Origin: Candidatus Nomurabacteria bacterium
GTDB taxonomy: Bacteria > Patescibacteriota > Saccharimonadia > Saccharimonadales > Saccharimonadaceae
DNA: 64,000 nucleotides
Assembly: GCA_031275815.1 (NCBI GenBank)
Contig: JAISOF010000024.1
Span: 10,254-74,253, forward strand
Direction of reading: 5' to 3'
Shown: piece after piece, positions 20,426 through 30,354 of the stretch
Numbering within the stretch: position 1 is the first letter of the stretch
Layout of the letters: each line of letters starts with the position of its first letter
Notes under the pieces: generated by a model
Seen by the model: only the letters and a program-made list of their open reading frames with translations
Databases searched by the model: none
What the model was told of the DNA's origin: nothing
Made by a program: the position numbers and the translations under genes

Positions 20426-22453
20426 ATGGAAAGGTTTCCCACTGGAACGATTGAGTATGATATTCGTGAGCGGCTTAAAAACCGCTATGACGAGATTGTT
20501 AATCGGCAGTTGACGGTTGAGAATATTGATCATTATGCGGACGATGCGCTGGAGGATTTGATTAAGTTGTCGGACGAGATAGTTGAGATTCGGCGCAGCG
20601 ATGGGGCGATGGGTTTTGAGTCGCTGAGAGAGGAGGAGGATACGGCTTTTGCTTATTATGGGCTGGAGGATATGGAGGAGGCTTTGGAGCATATCATTAA
20701 GATCAGGGAAAACTTGATGTATATCGACGATTTCACTGGGCAGTCGCAGCCAGAACCGAGCTCAAGTTCAAATCCAAATCCAAATCTAAACCAAAACCCA
20801 AACCCAAACCCACCAATCGCCAATCAAGTCGAGCTTGGCGCCGATGAAAACGAACAGCCCGCCGCGCCAGAGTCCTGCCTCAAAACCACCTTACGCAACT
20901 TATCTTTGACCAGCGACCACGAGCAACTCACGCCAGAATCTCGCACCAAAACGGTGCTGTTTGTGTTGAAACAAGATTTTGGGATTGATTTTGACGATCC
21001 AGAGCAGGTGAGTATCACGCCAAACACTTTGGTCGCGCCGCTTACGCCAGATACTTCAACAAAGCCACCTGCCTTCAGTTACAATATGATTGAAATACCG
21101 GAATTGCAACGTATTGTGCTGGTTTGCGACATCAAGAGCTCCTCCACTTTTGTGCTGGATGAAGCGGCTTTGCAAGAAAAAAATATCACCCAGCAAGAGC
21201 TTGGCAAAATGCTCGATAAAGAAACTTTGAAAAATCTCATTTCTGAATATCCTGAGCTCGGCAGCAGACTTAGTTATTCCAAAAATTATGTTACCAGAAT
21301 TAAAAAACTGCTGGGCGGCGTGCCGGACGAGAAGGCTGAAGAGCTCGCTAATAGCACCGACATCGATAACGCATATCTGAACAAAGACAAACATAACGCT
21401 GGCGGTAGATATTACAATCGATTTAATCTGCCCGAAGGAGTGCTGACAGTCCATATGTTTGCTAAAAATGTTGGGTGTTTCGTGAACACCTTGAAAAGAT
21501 GGCTCCAAAAAAACTCCGAACTGGTGGGCGAAATCGAGACCTATTCGCTCGACCTTAAGGATGTTCCGTGTCTCACGCCCGAACAGCAACAATGCGTGTT
21601 GGATAATATGGAGTTACTTTCAGCTCCAAAGGCGCCAGAGGGTGTGATGTCAATCCTCCAGCTTGCGAAGAACAGCGGGTTGAGTTATTATCCCATATAT
21701 GATTATCTAAAAAATAACCGTGAAAATATAGGTGAACTCAAAAAGTTTAGATTTCACGATACCGCTGGTATTGGGCTTACCCCAGAACAACAGCAATACA
21801 TACTGGATAAGTTGACTGTTCCGGAGCCTCCAGAAGGTGCAGTGTCAGTCGAGCAGCTTGCGAAAAAAGTTGGTCGATCTTGCTACTCTATTACGCTTTG
21901 GCTGAGTAATAGCTCGGTGGGGGAGCTCAAGCGATATCGCCCTAAAGGGGAAGGAGGCTTTCCCGCTCCTTATCTCACCCCCGAGCAACAACAATATGTG
22001 TTGGATAATATAACGTTCGCCCCCGAAGACGGTGTGGTATCAATTAGTCAGTTTGCGGTAACTCATAAAATAGGACATTATACGTTGCATAAATGGCTAG
22101 CTGCCAACCCTCCAGAGGATGAGCTTAAATCATTCCAGTTCAGAAGTAGAACTGCGCTGGGACTTACTCCGAATCAGCAGCAATATGTGCTGGATAATAT
22201 AGATAGCATAAGACACCTTGTTCCTGCACCGCCAGATGGCGTGGTGTCACTTGTCAGTTTCGCAAAAGAAATCAGGACAGCTCACACAACGCTGACCAAG
22301 TGGCTAGCGGACAATTCTCAAGATACGGGTGAAATTGGAATATATCGGTTTGGCAAGATACCTGGTCGAGGGCTCACCCCCGAACAACAACAAATCATCA
22401 AATCCCGCCTCCACGAAATTGGGAGAAAGGCTTCAAAACCACCGGCGGATTAG
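20426..22453 (+). CDS. Repeat protein: low-complexity N-terminal region plus five tandem HTH-like modules of about 65 aa, each ending in LTPEQQQYVLDN
   Basis: Modules follow the pattern PEGV.S..QLAK..G.S..T...WL..N...GE...YRF....GLTPEQQQ(Y/C/I)(V/I)LD. An Asn/Pro-rich tract (NPNPNLNQNPNPNP) is also present. Confidence 0.65.
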   Translation: MERFPTGTIEYDIRERLKNRYDEIVNRQLTVENIDHYADDALEDLIKLSDEIVEIRRSDGAMGFESLREEEDTAFAYYGLEDMEEALEHIIKIRENLMYIDDFTGQSQPEPSSSSNPNPNLNQNPNPNPPIANQVELGADENEQPAAPESCLKTTLRNLSLTSDHEQLTPESRTKTVLFVLKQDFGIDFDDPEQVSITPNTLVAPLTPDTSTKPPAFSYNMIEIPELQRIVLVCDIKSSSTFVLDEAALQEKNITQQELGKMLDKETLKNLISEYPELGSRLSYSKNYVTRIKKLLGGVPDEKAEELANSTDIDNAYLNKDKHNAGGRYYNRFNLPEGVLTVHMFAKNVGCFVNTLKRWLQKNSELVGEIETYSLDLKDVPCLTPEQQQCVLDNMELLSAPKAPEGVMSILQLAKNSGLSYYPIYDYLKNNRENIGELKKFRFHDTAGIGLTPEQQQYILDKLTVPEPPEGAVSVEQLAKKVGRSCYSITLWLSNSSVGELKRYRPKGEGGFPAPYLTPEQQQYVLDNITFAPEDGVVSISQFAVTHKIGHYTLHKWLAANPPEDELKSFQFRSRTALGLTPNQQQYVLDNIDSIRHLVPAPPDGVVSLVSFAKEIRTAHTTLTKWLADNSQDTGEIGIYRFGKIPGRGLTPEQQQIIKSRLHEIGRKASKPPAD

Positions 22454-22758
22454 GCTTTTTTGTGGCACGATTTGATTTGACGATGTTTTTCTGAAGTCGG
22501 CTGGTTGAGCAGAATAAACTGATTTGTCTGCAAACAACTCATCGCTCAAAGAAAAAGAAAACCCGTTTCCTTTCCTTTTCACGCACAATATCATATTATA
22601 AATAGTAGGTATGCGTAAAATGATCAACCAACCACATTCAAGCTTAATCTGCGCCGGCAAACTCTTTTCCGACTATATATTTATTTTCGAGAGCATTTAT
22701 TTGTTGCAATTTTTGGGTTTGGTGGTTTGCCTGGTTGGCGTGAAAGGAGCAAGATGAA

Positions 22759-23298
22759 ATGAAAGGATTGACTTTAATTACTGGAAGTGCTGGGAAGGCC
22801 AAAGAGTATGTTGTTTTATTGGGATTTGAAATTGAAACTGAAAAGATTGATTTGCCGGAAATCCAGTCAACAAATGTGGTTGAGGTGGTGCGTGAGAAAG
22901 CTAAAGTTGCGTATGAAAAATTACAAAGACCGGTAATTGTCGATGACACTGGTTTGACGATTAAGGCGTGGAAAAACTTGCCCGGCGCATTGATTAAATG
23001 GTTTTTGCAAAATGTTGGCGATCATGGAATTGTTGAAATGTTGGGCGACAAACAAAGAGACGCCCTTGTCACGACGGCGATTGGTTATTGCGATGAGAAC
23101 GGCGTACGTATTTTTACTGGTGAGGTTGCGGGAAAAATTAGCGACAAGCCACGTGGCAAAAATGGCTTTGGGTATGATACGATATTTATCCCAGGCGACT
23201 CTGATTTGACTTATGCCGAGATGACTGACGACGAGAAGAATAAAACATCAATGCGCGCTATGGCTGTTGCGAAATTGAAGGCGTTTTTGCAGAATTAG
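22759..23298 (+). CDS. rdgB: Non-canonical purine NTP pyrophosphatase (RdgB/HAM1 family)
   Basis: Has VDDTGL, PRGKNGFGYDTIFIP and AEM...KN..SMRA. An AAGGAG SD is present. Confidence 0.8.
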   Translation: MKGLTLITGSAGKAKEYVVLLGFEIETEKIDLPEIQSTNVVEVVREKAKVAYEKLQRPVIVDDTGLTIKAWKNLPGALIKWFLQNVGDHGIVEMLGDKQRDALVTTAIGYCDENGVRIFTGEVAGKISDKPRGKNGFGYDTIFIPGDSDLTYAEMTDDEKNKTSMRAMAVAKLKAFLQN

Positions 23299-23459
23299 TT
23301 GTTTTTGTAAATTGTTCGTTGTTTACAATCGTGGCGATTCCAATTAATCAGAATTAACGGGTCGAACCTCCAACACTTGTCAGTTTCGCAAAAGAAATCA
23401 GGAGAAAGACCCCAAAGCCACTGGAGGAGTAGGTTTCCTTTGCTATGGGGTCGAATATA

Positions 23460-24794
23460 TTATATTTTACCACCCTCGCCGCCCTGCCCCACATTCGCTG
23501 GCGACTTCATACCCGTGCGCCCCAACTCCTTTGCCACCTTCTGTTTGCGCACCACGCCCGCCCACTGCGACAACTCCACCGGCGTCAACATTGCCACCAC
23601 CTGCTTGGTCGAAAGCCCCAAATTTTTCAAATCATCAACCGCTTTCAGAGCAACATTTATTTGTTCATGCCACTTTTTAGTTATCGCGTCTAAATTGTCG
23701 GTCGTTTCACTCATCTCGTGACCTTTTTTTATACGCTTAATATACATCGGCAAATACACGTTATCTAGTTTCGCTCTTATTTTTTCGTAATCCTTACCTT
23801 CTATCAAATACGCCAAAATCTCACCACTAATACTATTAGCGCTTTTTTCAACAGCCATTTCCATATCAGTCTTGTCCACTACCTTCCGCCTATGCTCCTC
23901 CGCCCTCCGCCAAAACTGCTCCGGCACATCCTCCAAGCTTTCGACGTCCGCCATTTCTGGCACCGTTTTCACCCTTTCCAATAATAATCTGCGTTCGTTT
24001 TCTATAATCACACTCGGCACACCCAAACCAACTAATCTCTCTAGTCTCACCTTTCGCCACGCTGCATTACTGTATAAGTTATTTTTTTCGTCCATCATCT
24101 GGTCAACGAAAGTCTTGATTTGGTGTTCGTTTTCATGAGCAATGACCTCCTGCACCCGTGGACTATGAGTATTTCTGCCAAATAAGGCCATAAACAATCG
24201 TGATTCAGGGTCCATAAAAATCACCGAATAAGGAAACTTGTCCTTAATGTGGGCAAAACCGCCCCATTTGTCCCATTTATAAGCGCCATTTTCGTCAGGT
24301 TGATGCAACTTATTAAAATCTTTACGCGTCACAAAAATATTGTAATTCACCGGCCCAATCGTCACCTGCGTTCTGGCAGCCACATCGTGCAAAAGTTGGT
24401 CAGTGGCGAGCGCCACTTCAGGCTCTGGCTCAGTTTTGCTCAGGTCATCAAGCGCAACTTCCTCCAAAATCCCCTCCTTCCCAACTCGCGACAAATGATT
24501 CTTCAAACTGCGCCGCCGAAGCATATAAGAGCCAATCCCGTCATAAAACATGCTCTCCGTCTCCTTGTCCAAACCCGTCGCATACTTTTCGATAATCCCC
24601 GTCAGTTTTTTCTCCGTCACCTTGTCACTGCCAGATATTTCGTGCGTCAACTCCACCAAAGCATCAGCAAAATGCCTTCGCGCCTCCTCAATATCATATC
24701 GCAAACCATGCAACCGCTCGCGCGCGCCAGTCGCATCAACCCTCCGCGTGGCTTTGATGTCCTCCAATTCTTTTCGTGGTTGAAACTCGCTCAT
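23460..24794 (-). CDS. Hypothetical protein with an HExxH motif (AHENEHQ)
   Basis: 444-aa ORF. I recognise no family. Confidence 0.5.
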   Translation of the reverse strand: MSEFQPRKELEDIKATRRVDATGARERLHGLRYDIEEARRHFADALVELTHEISGSDKVTEKKLTGIIEKYATGLDKETESMFYDGIGSYMLRRRSLKNHLSRVGKEGILEEVALDDLSKTEPEPEVALATDQLLHDVAARTQVTIGPVNYNIFVTRKDFNKLHQPDENGAYKWDKWGGFAHIKDKFPYSVIFMDPESRLFMALFGRNTHSPRVQEVIAHENEHQIKTFVDQMMDEKNNLYSNAAWRKVRLERLVGLGVPSVIIENERRLLLERVKTVPEMADVESLEDVPEQFWRRAEEHRRKVVDKTDMEMAVEKSANSISGEILAYLIEGKDYEKIRAKLDNVYLPMYIKRIKKGHEMSETTDNLDAITKKWHEQINVALKAVDDLKNLGLSTKQVVAMLTPVELSQWAGVVRKQKVAKELGRTGMKSPANVGQGGEGGKI

Positions 24795-24932
24795 AGCATT
24801 ATCATCTTATACCAATACGGGCGGATTTTCAAGCCAAAGGCGCGAGAGCAACCAATGGACAACCCCCACCCCTATTCCGCAACGTTGAAACCCCCGACCT
24901 GTCCACACTGGTTGTGTACGTGAGATTAGTGA

Positions 24933-25040
24933 GGGACGATTCTTGCTATCTGTTTGGGGGACGGTTCTCACTTTATCTTATGATATCTTTATTGATTTCT
25001 TTTATGAAATGTCCCTTTATAGACGGTAAGAACCGTCCCC
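24933..25040. repeat. GGGACGGTTCTC-family element, copy X2
   Basis: GGGACGATTCTT (24933) and GGGGGACGGTTCTC (24957) face AGAACCGTCCCC (25029). The left half aligns with X1. Confidence 0.65.
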
Positions 25041-25188
25041 TATTTATCAACATAATAATGCAGCGCTCCTCGCTCGGAAATGAACTTGACATTCGTTTCG
25101 CTCGCTTCGTCGTATTATAATATTCGCGCCCAAAGAGAAAAGATAGCTGATTTTCTTTTCCGAAAATGTGGAATATTACAACGTATGT

Positions 25189-25194
25189 TACAAT
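25189..25194 (+). promoter_or_regulatory. -10 box TACAAT, 7 nt upstream of ATG 25202 (leaderless-type)
   Basis: Sequence is gtTACAATattagatATGcac. Confidence 0.5.
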
Positions 25195-25201
25195 ATTAGA
25201 T

Positions 25202-26158
25202 ATGCACACAACAATTGAACCCCTGCCCGGCTACAAGGATGTCAAACCCTTCGTTTATGCTGGGTTTTTTCCGGTCAGCAATGAGGATTATCAGGATTTA
25301 AAAGAGGCGGTGGAGAGGTTGGCGCTGTCTGATTCGGCTTTGCAATTTGAGGCGGAGAACTCGCCGGTGCTCGGTTTTGGGCTTCGGATTGGGTTTTTGG
25401 GGCTGCTGCATATGGATATTATTCGGGAGCGACTGGAGCGGGAGTATGATTTGGACTTGATTGTGACGAATCCGTCGACGGATTATGTTGTAAAAATTAC
25501 AACGGGCGAGGAAATCGACATCAAAAGTGCGGCGGATTTGCCGGATGTCACGAAGATTGCAGAAATTCGTGAGCCGTGGGTGAAGGGTGAAATTATCGTG
25601 CCGAGCGAGTTTATTGGTGTGGTGCTGGATTTGATTATCAGCCGGCGGGGCGTGCAAAAAAACATCAGTTATTTTGACGACCGAGCGCTGATTAGTTTTG
25701 CGGCGCCGATGGCGAACTTGTTGACGGATTTTTATGACAAGTTGAAGTCCGGCACTTCGGGGTACGGCACGTTTAATTATGAGCTGGACGATTATCGTGC
25801 GGAAGATTTGGTTCGAGTCGATTTTTATGTGGCGGGCGAAATGGTGGACGCCCTGAGCGTGATGGCGCACCGATCGGAGGCGGTGGCGGTGGGGCGTGAC
25901 ATCACCAAAAAATTGAAAGAAGTCATCCCGCGCCAAAACTTTGAAGTCGCCCTGCAAGCTGCCATCGGCGCCAAATTCATTGCCCGTGAAACTCTGGGTG
26001 CGTTCCGTAAGGACGTCACGGGATATTTGTACGGTGGCGACGTTTCACGCAAAAAAAAGCTGCTCGCCAAGCAAAAAAAAGGCAAGCAACGCATGAAACG
26101 CTTCGGCAAGGTGGACATTCCGAGCGAGGCTTTTATGGTGATGTTGAAGCGGGATTAG
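25202..26158 (+). CDS. lepA: Elongation factor 4 (LepA), C-terminal portion only; GTPase domain and domain II absent
   Basis: LPGYKDVKPFVYAGFFPVS...GFLGLLHMDIIRERLEREYDLDLI...DVSRKKKLLAKQKKGKQRMK aligns from about E. coli residue 280 to the end. No G-domain coding sequence lies upstream. Confidence 0.75.
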   Translation: MHTTIEPLPGYKDVKPFVYAGFFPVSNEDYQDLKEAVERLALSDSALQFEAENSPVLGFGLRIGFLGLLHMDIIRERLEREYDLDLIVTNPSTDYVVKITTGEEIDIKSAADLPDVTKIAEIREPWVKGEIIVPSEFIGVVLDLIISRRGVQKNISYFDDRALISFAAPMANLLTDFYDKLKSGTSGYGTFNYELDDYRAEDLVRVDFYVAGEMVDALSVMAHRSEAVAVGRDITKKLKEVIPRQNFEVALQAAIGAKFIARETLGAFRKDVTGYLYGGDVSRKKKLLAKQKKGKQRMKRFGKVDIPSEAFMVMLKRD

Positions 26159-26208
26159 CAAGCTCTGTGCGGACGCCCGAGTCGTCAGCAAAAAATCGCA
26201 ATGAAAAG

Positions 26209-26234
26209 CCGCCAGACGACTTTTCATCTGGCGG
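26209..26234. terminator. Hairpin between convergent genes (CCGCCAGA-N10-TCTGGCGG)
   Basis: The stem is 8 bp. A T-rich run follows on the minus strand (cttttcattgcgatttttt). Confidence 0.45.
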
Positions 26235-26252
26235 TTAGACTTTGCGATGAGA

Positions 26253-27002
26253 TTATCCACGTTTTTTCCTCATCTCTCTTCTCACTTCGTGGGCGTAGCA
26301 ACCGATTGCCGCCAACTCAAAAGAAAACCGGATGTTTTTGTCGTGATAAAAAACATCACATGATCCACTCCCTTTTTGGCGAAAAACCCGCCGTGCATAG
26401 TTCCATACTTCTTTAGCTTCCGCGTCTTCAGGTGAAACATGCAAATCCAGTTCTTTCCACGTTGGCTTTAACTTTTTCACGCTTGAACGTATGATTGTGG
26501 TTATTTCAGAGACATTAAGGCCTTCCCGCTTAGCAATTTCTGTCCAGAGATAAGTCTTCAACCGCACGGCAAGTTTTGGGTTATTCATGGAAAATAATAT
26601 GGCCTCCATCGCCCATTGCAACCCCTCGTCTTGCTCGTCCCACTCATATCCAAGCTTTTGGAGGATGTCCATGATAATTGCGGTGTCAGTTTCGATATCG
26701 TCAGATTTTGCGATAACTTCAGCGCTCGGGGTTGGAAAGCCAAGGTCAATGTCGCCTTTCAGCCTCAAACCTACCTCGCCAAGTCTGGTTTTGATGCGCT
26801 CGAGCATGCCAACTGGGACATTTCCACTTCTCAGATCATATTCGGTCTTGACCAACAGGTCGCCTATGGTAAAGATGCCATAACGACGACGCAAGATCCG
26901 GTTGTCCGAATCAAGCAACCTCAATTTCTCAATTGGTATGCTTTTGACTTTGGGTTGTGCGCTTTTTTCGCATTCTTCGTTTTCCGCGCACCTTTCTTTC
27001 AA
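26253..27002 (-). CDS. Hypothetical protein with an RpoA-CTD-like helix-hairpin-helix segment
   Basis: IEKLRLLDSDNRILRRRYGIFTIGDLLVKTEYDLRSGNVPVGMLERIKTRL resembles the alpha-CTD. It has a TTG start with a GGAGG SD. Confidence 0.4.
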   Translation of the reverse strand: MKERCAENEECEKSAQPKVKSIPIEKLRLLDSDNRILRRRYGIFTIGDLLVKTEYDLRSGNVPVGMLERIKTRLGEVGLRLKGDIDLGFPTPSAEVIAKSDDIETDTAIIMDILQKLGYEWDEQDEGLQWAMEAILFSMNNPKLAVRLKTYLWTEIAKREGLNVSEITTIIRSSVKKLKPTWKELDLHVSPEDAEAKEVWNYARRVFRQKGSGSCDVFYHDKNIRFSFELAAIGCYAHEVRREMRKKRG

Positions 27003-27185
27003 AGCCTCCTCAAGTTTTTCAAATAAAAAATATTCCTGCGGAGTAAATCAAGGCCGCAGGGCTAACAAGCCGTTTCTTAAAAACCGCTCCTTAACCCTGT
27101 GGCCAAATAGCCTTCGTTAAGGTGCATTAGTACGAGAACCGTTCCCATATCTTCTTATTATATCACAGTACAAATAAATTGTCAA

Positions 27186-27205
27186 CCCTGCCGTCATCGG
27201 CAGGG
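27186..27205 (-). terminator. Hairpin CCCTGCCG-tcat-CGGCAGGG immediately downstream of the HAD gene
   Basis: 8-bp GC-rich stem. Confidence 0.45.
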
Positions 27206-27211
27206 CGATTT

Positions 27212-27781
27212 TTAGCCCAATAATTCACCAAGTGCATTTTCTAATTGCGAAACTGAAACAAACTGCACGGACATAATACCCAAACCTTCAGCGGCCAACA
27301 CATTCTCCAATTTGTCGTCAATAAAAATCGCTTCGCTGGGCTGCACGCGCAACAAATCCAACGCCACTTGAAAGATTTTCGGGTCGGGTTTGCGCACGCC
27401 GACTTCGCCGGAAACCACAATCTTGTCGAACAATGGTTGCAAACCAAACTCGTCCAATTTGTGGCGCAAGCTACTACTGGCGTTTGACAAAATGGCGGTC
27501 TGATATGTTCCGTGATAACGCCGGACGAGTTCCGGCATGCCACGCACGGGCGCGATGAACGATTTGATTTCGCGTTCGGTTTCCGCCGGCGACTGCCCAG
27601 CCAGTTTCGACAAGCCGGAATACAACTTCTCATCAGAAATCTGGTCAAGGTCGTTTTTTGGATAAAGCTCCGCCGCGGCCAACGCTTGCCGGCCGGCTGG
27701 GTTCAAATGTTTCTCAATCCAATGATCGTTATATTCCGTCAAAACCACCCCCAAACAATCGAAAATCAGAGCCTTAATCAC
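27212..27781 (-). CDS. HAD-family hydrolase (subfamily IA-like)
   Basis: Has MIKALIFDCLGVV, SNAS and FIDDKLENV motifs. Confidence 0.65.
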   Translation of the reverse strand: MIKALIFDCLGVVLTEYNDHWIEKHLNPAGRQALAAAELYPKNDLDQISDEKLYSGLSKLAGQSPAETEREIKSFIAPVRGMPELVRRYHGTYQTAILSNASSSLRHKLDEFGLQPLFDKIVVSGEVGVRKPDPKIFQVALDLLRVQPSEAIFIDDKLENVLAAEGLGIMSVQFVSVSQLENALGELLG

Positions 27782-28413
27782 AACGGATGCCCCATGGCAA
27801 AAGCATACAGCTTTTTCAAAGTTTCCATCACCACCGCTTCCCGCGATTGGTGGGCGTTGACGGGTATCAACACTCCTTGGTCTTTGTAAAACTCCACGAC
27901 CGGCATGGTTTTTTTCGTAAACTCGCTGATACGGGTTTCCAAAACTTCCAATTTGCGGTCGTCGACGCGCTCTTCTTCGCCACGATCATTCAAGTTTTTG
28001 GCAGTTTCCCAACGATTTTTGATTTCATTTTCCGAAACATTCAACAAAATCACAGCTTTCAGAACATGTTGGCTGTCATCCAGCGCCGCCAATACATCGA
28101 ACTGCTCGCCATCCCAACGGCCAAAAGAGCTCAAAAAGAGTGGCAACCCGACCAATTCTTGGCTCGCCAAATACGGCAACACAATTTCGCGAAAATCGTT
28201 GCTGGGCACCAGAAACCCTTTGTCGAGCACGCGGATTTCTTTGTTTTCGCGTTCATGTTCGCGCAAAATCATGCCACTGCTCAAAAATCTGCCACCAAAA
28301 ATCTCCGCGAGTTTGATACCGACGGTGTCTTTGCCAGCAAACGGCAGCCCGAATAAATTGACGGAGCCGGAGCCCAGCCAAGTTTTGATAGTGTTTAGTT
28401 GTTCGTTTTCCAT
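27778..28413 (-). CDS. Adenylate kinase-like nucleoside monophosphate kinase family protein
   Basis: The P-loop-like segment is FGLPFAGKDTVG, followed by FLSSGMILRE. It overlaps the downstream gene by 4 nt. Confidence 0.5.
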   Translation of the reverse strand: MENEQLNTIKTWLGSGSVNLFGLPFAGKDTVGIKLAEIFGGRFLSSGMILREHERENKEIRVLDKGFLVPSNDFREIVLPYLASQELVGLPLFLSSFGRWDGEQFDVLAALDDSQHVLKAVILLNVSENEIKNRWETAKNLNDRGEEERVDDRKLEVLETRISEFTKKTMPVVEFYKDQGVLIPVNAHQSREAVVMETLKKLYAFAMGHPL

Positions 28414-28416
28414 AGG

Positions 28417-29958
28417 CTAATTGTAACACGACTCCGACTCAAAGTCACAAAGTTCGATGGCGCGATTTAATGAAATGGCTTGCATACCGATGGACAGGGC
28501 TTCAGTTTCGATGTAGTAGGTGGACTTTTCGAAACCCAAATTTTTGCCACGCGCGGTGACAATGGCCAATTTCTTGACGGCGAGGCTGGACGGGTCACTG
28601 ATTCTTCGGTCGTCGAGTAGCGCAAGCGGCGCCCAGCCCCCTGCAAACTCCACTTCATTTTCGGCATAATATACATAGTGGCAATCTTGTGGCAAATAGG
28701 GTGCCAGTTCGATGTATGTGTAAAAGTCGTCCACGATGATTTGGTCGGCGCAATAGTCCAAAAGCACAGAGGCCGCGACTTTGGTTTGCGAGCGATTTGT
28801 GCGTTGGAAGTTGTAATTTCCGACGTTAATGAGGTGAATGGTGCCAAAAGTCAAGGTGATGAGCGTAAAAAAGTATCCCAAAATGGCAATTTTTTGCCCT
28901 TTCACCACCGAAGCTGACAAAATCGCGGCAAGCAGGAGATAAAAGAACAGGATGAATACCACAAGATAACGCTCCATGTATGCGGGTTTGCCAAACAGCG
29001 GGTTGGCGATGATAAACAGCAGAACGGTCGGTATAACGGTCAAGAAAATTAGCAAAAACCAGTTGTTTGGGTATACAAAATGCTTCTTTTTGAAACCCCG
29101 CACCGCCAAAAATGTTGTAAAAATTACAACACCCAAAATGAGGGCAATCTGCCACACTTGCAGTTGCCAAACTGGGGTGTAAAGCAGCGCAAAGGAGAAC
29201 ACCCCAACCAGTTGTTCACCCCCAAACGCGGAGCCAACGCCGGACAAGGCACCCCCCGAAAGATGTTTGAAAAGCGTCGGCAACCACACGGCATACAGCG
29301 CGATGGCGCCGAGAAAGGAGAGCAACCATTTCTGTTTGATGAAATGCTTGAAAAACGGCTCGTTGAGCTCCGAGCGCGCGGTGACGAAAATCAACCAAAC
29401 GGCGTGCGCGACGAAGACCAGCGCCATCATGTATGTCAAATACATACCGGTGGCAACCAACAACGCATAGACCGCCCACAACCAGTTGCGTTTGGTTTTC
29501 CACGCCGACCACAGCGCAAAAGTTGCCGATACGCCGACCAAAATGGCGGGCGCGTACATGCGGATTTCAAAACTATACCTCGCGAAAAACGGCGCAATGA
29601 GCAAAAACGGCGCAATGAGCAGGGCGGTTTTTTTGCCGAAGAGTTTTCTGACGAAGATGATGGCGACGAACACGGTGATGGCGGAGACGACAACGCCAAA
29701 GAGCCGCAAAGTCCATTCCGAAAAGCCGAAGATGGAGCCCCAGAAGTGCAACAAAATATAAAATAGTGGCGGGTGGACGTCGGCGCGAGCGAGGTTGATG
29801 ATGGTGGGGAGGTCGTTTTGTGCGACCATGATGGAATAGGATTCGTCGAACCACAACTGTTGCTTGACGGACAGCGCCAACGCAAACGCCAAAAACAACC
29901 CTGCGATAACCACAGCGAACAGCCAAAAGTGTTTTTGCAAAAAACTCCTCATACACAA
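28417..29958 (-). CDS. GT39/ArnT-like integral-membrane glycosyltransferase
   Basis: 513 aa with more than 10 TM segments. Has WFDESYS and ADVHPPLFYILLHFW. Confidence 0.65.
   Translation of the reverse strand: MCMRSFLQKHFWLFAVVIAGLFLAFALALSVKQQLWFDESYSIMVAQNDLPTIINLARADVHPPLFYILLHFWGSIFGFSEWTLRLFGVVVSAITVFVAIIFVRKLFGKKTALLIAPFLLIAPFFARYSFEIRMYAPAILVGVSATFALWSAWKTKRNWLWAVYALLVATGMYLTYMMALVFVAHAVWLIFVTARSELNEPFFKHFIKQKWLLSFLGAIALYAVWLPTLFKHLSGGALSGVGSAFGGEQLVGVFSFALLYTPVWQLQVWQIALILGVVIFTTFLAVRGFKKKHFVYPNNWFLLIFLTVIPTVLLFIIANPLFGKPAYMERYLVVFILFFYLLLAAILSASVVKGQKIAILGYFFTLITLTFGTIHLINVGNYNFQRTNRSQTKVAASVLLDYCADQIIVDDFYTYIELAPYLPQDCHYVYYAENEVEFAGGWAPLALLDDRRISDPSSLAVKKLAIVTARGKNLGFEKSTYYIETEALSIGMQAISLNRAIELCDFESESCYN
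29113..29131. repeat. Copy 2 of the 19-bp palindrome TGTTGTAAAAATTACAACA
   Basis: Exact. It lies inside the GT39 coding region. Confidence 0.9.
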
Positions 29959-30142
29959 GCATTATAGCAGACTTTTGGGGATTTGGGGAGGGTTTTGACG
30001 CAGTATTTATGTCAAGTTTTTGGGTTGTAATGGTTTTGTTGCATAATCACCTGTTGGGCTTATTTTACTTACCGGTCTTGTTGGTGTAATACTCTTGTTG
30101 GTGCAGTTCCCCTGCCGGTCTTGTTGCACAACCACCCAAAGA

Positions 30143-30301
30143 GGTATTGTTGCATAATTATCACCCCGTCAAAGAGTACGTTTCGCGTCAAATCGGTTAA
30201 GGTGCGGGCACCCCACACCCTTCAGCCTTAACCGATTTGGCTGCACTCGGCGAACAGCAGAGCCTCTTTGACGGGGGCGATAATTATGCAACAATGCAAA
30301 T
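30143..30301. mobile_element. 159-bp palindromic MITE-like element, copy 2 (inverted relative to copy 1)
   Basis: Aligned by eye to the reverse complement of 17068-17226. It lies 54 bp upstream of tRNA-Lys. Confidence 0.75.
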
Positions 30302-30354
30302 TCTATCAAGAAAGGTTGATTTTTTTCACGCTTTCCTATATAATCCGCACTTAG

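Noticed and set aside
22433-22949. Minus-strand ORFs 22433..22660 and 22644..22949, and plus-strand ORF 31604..31936, in intergenic gaps.
   Set aside because: They have no SD or leaderless promoter signature and an odd composition. They overlap the rdgB start region or promoter regions.
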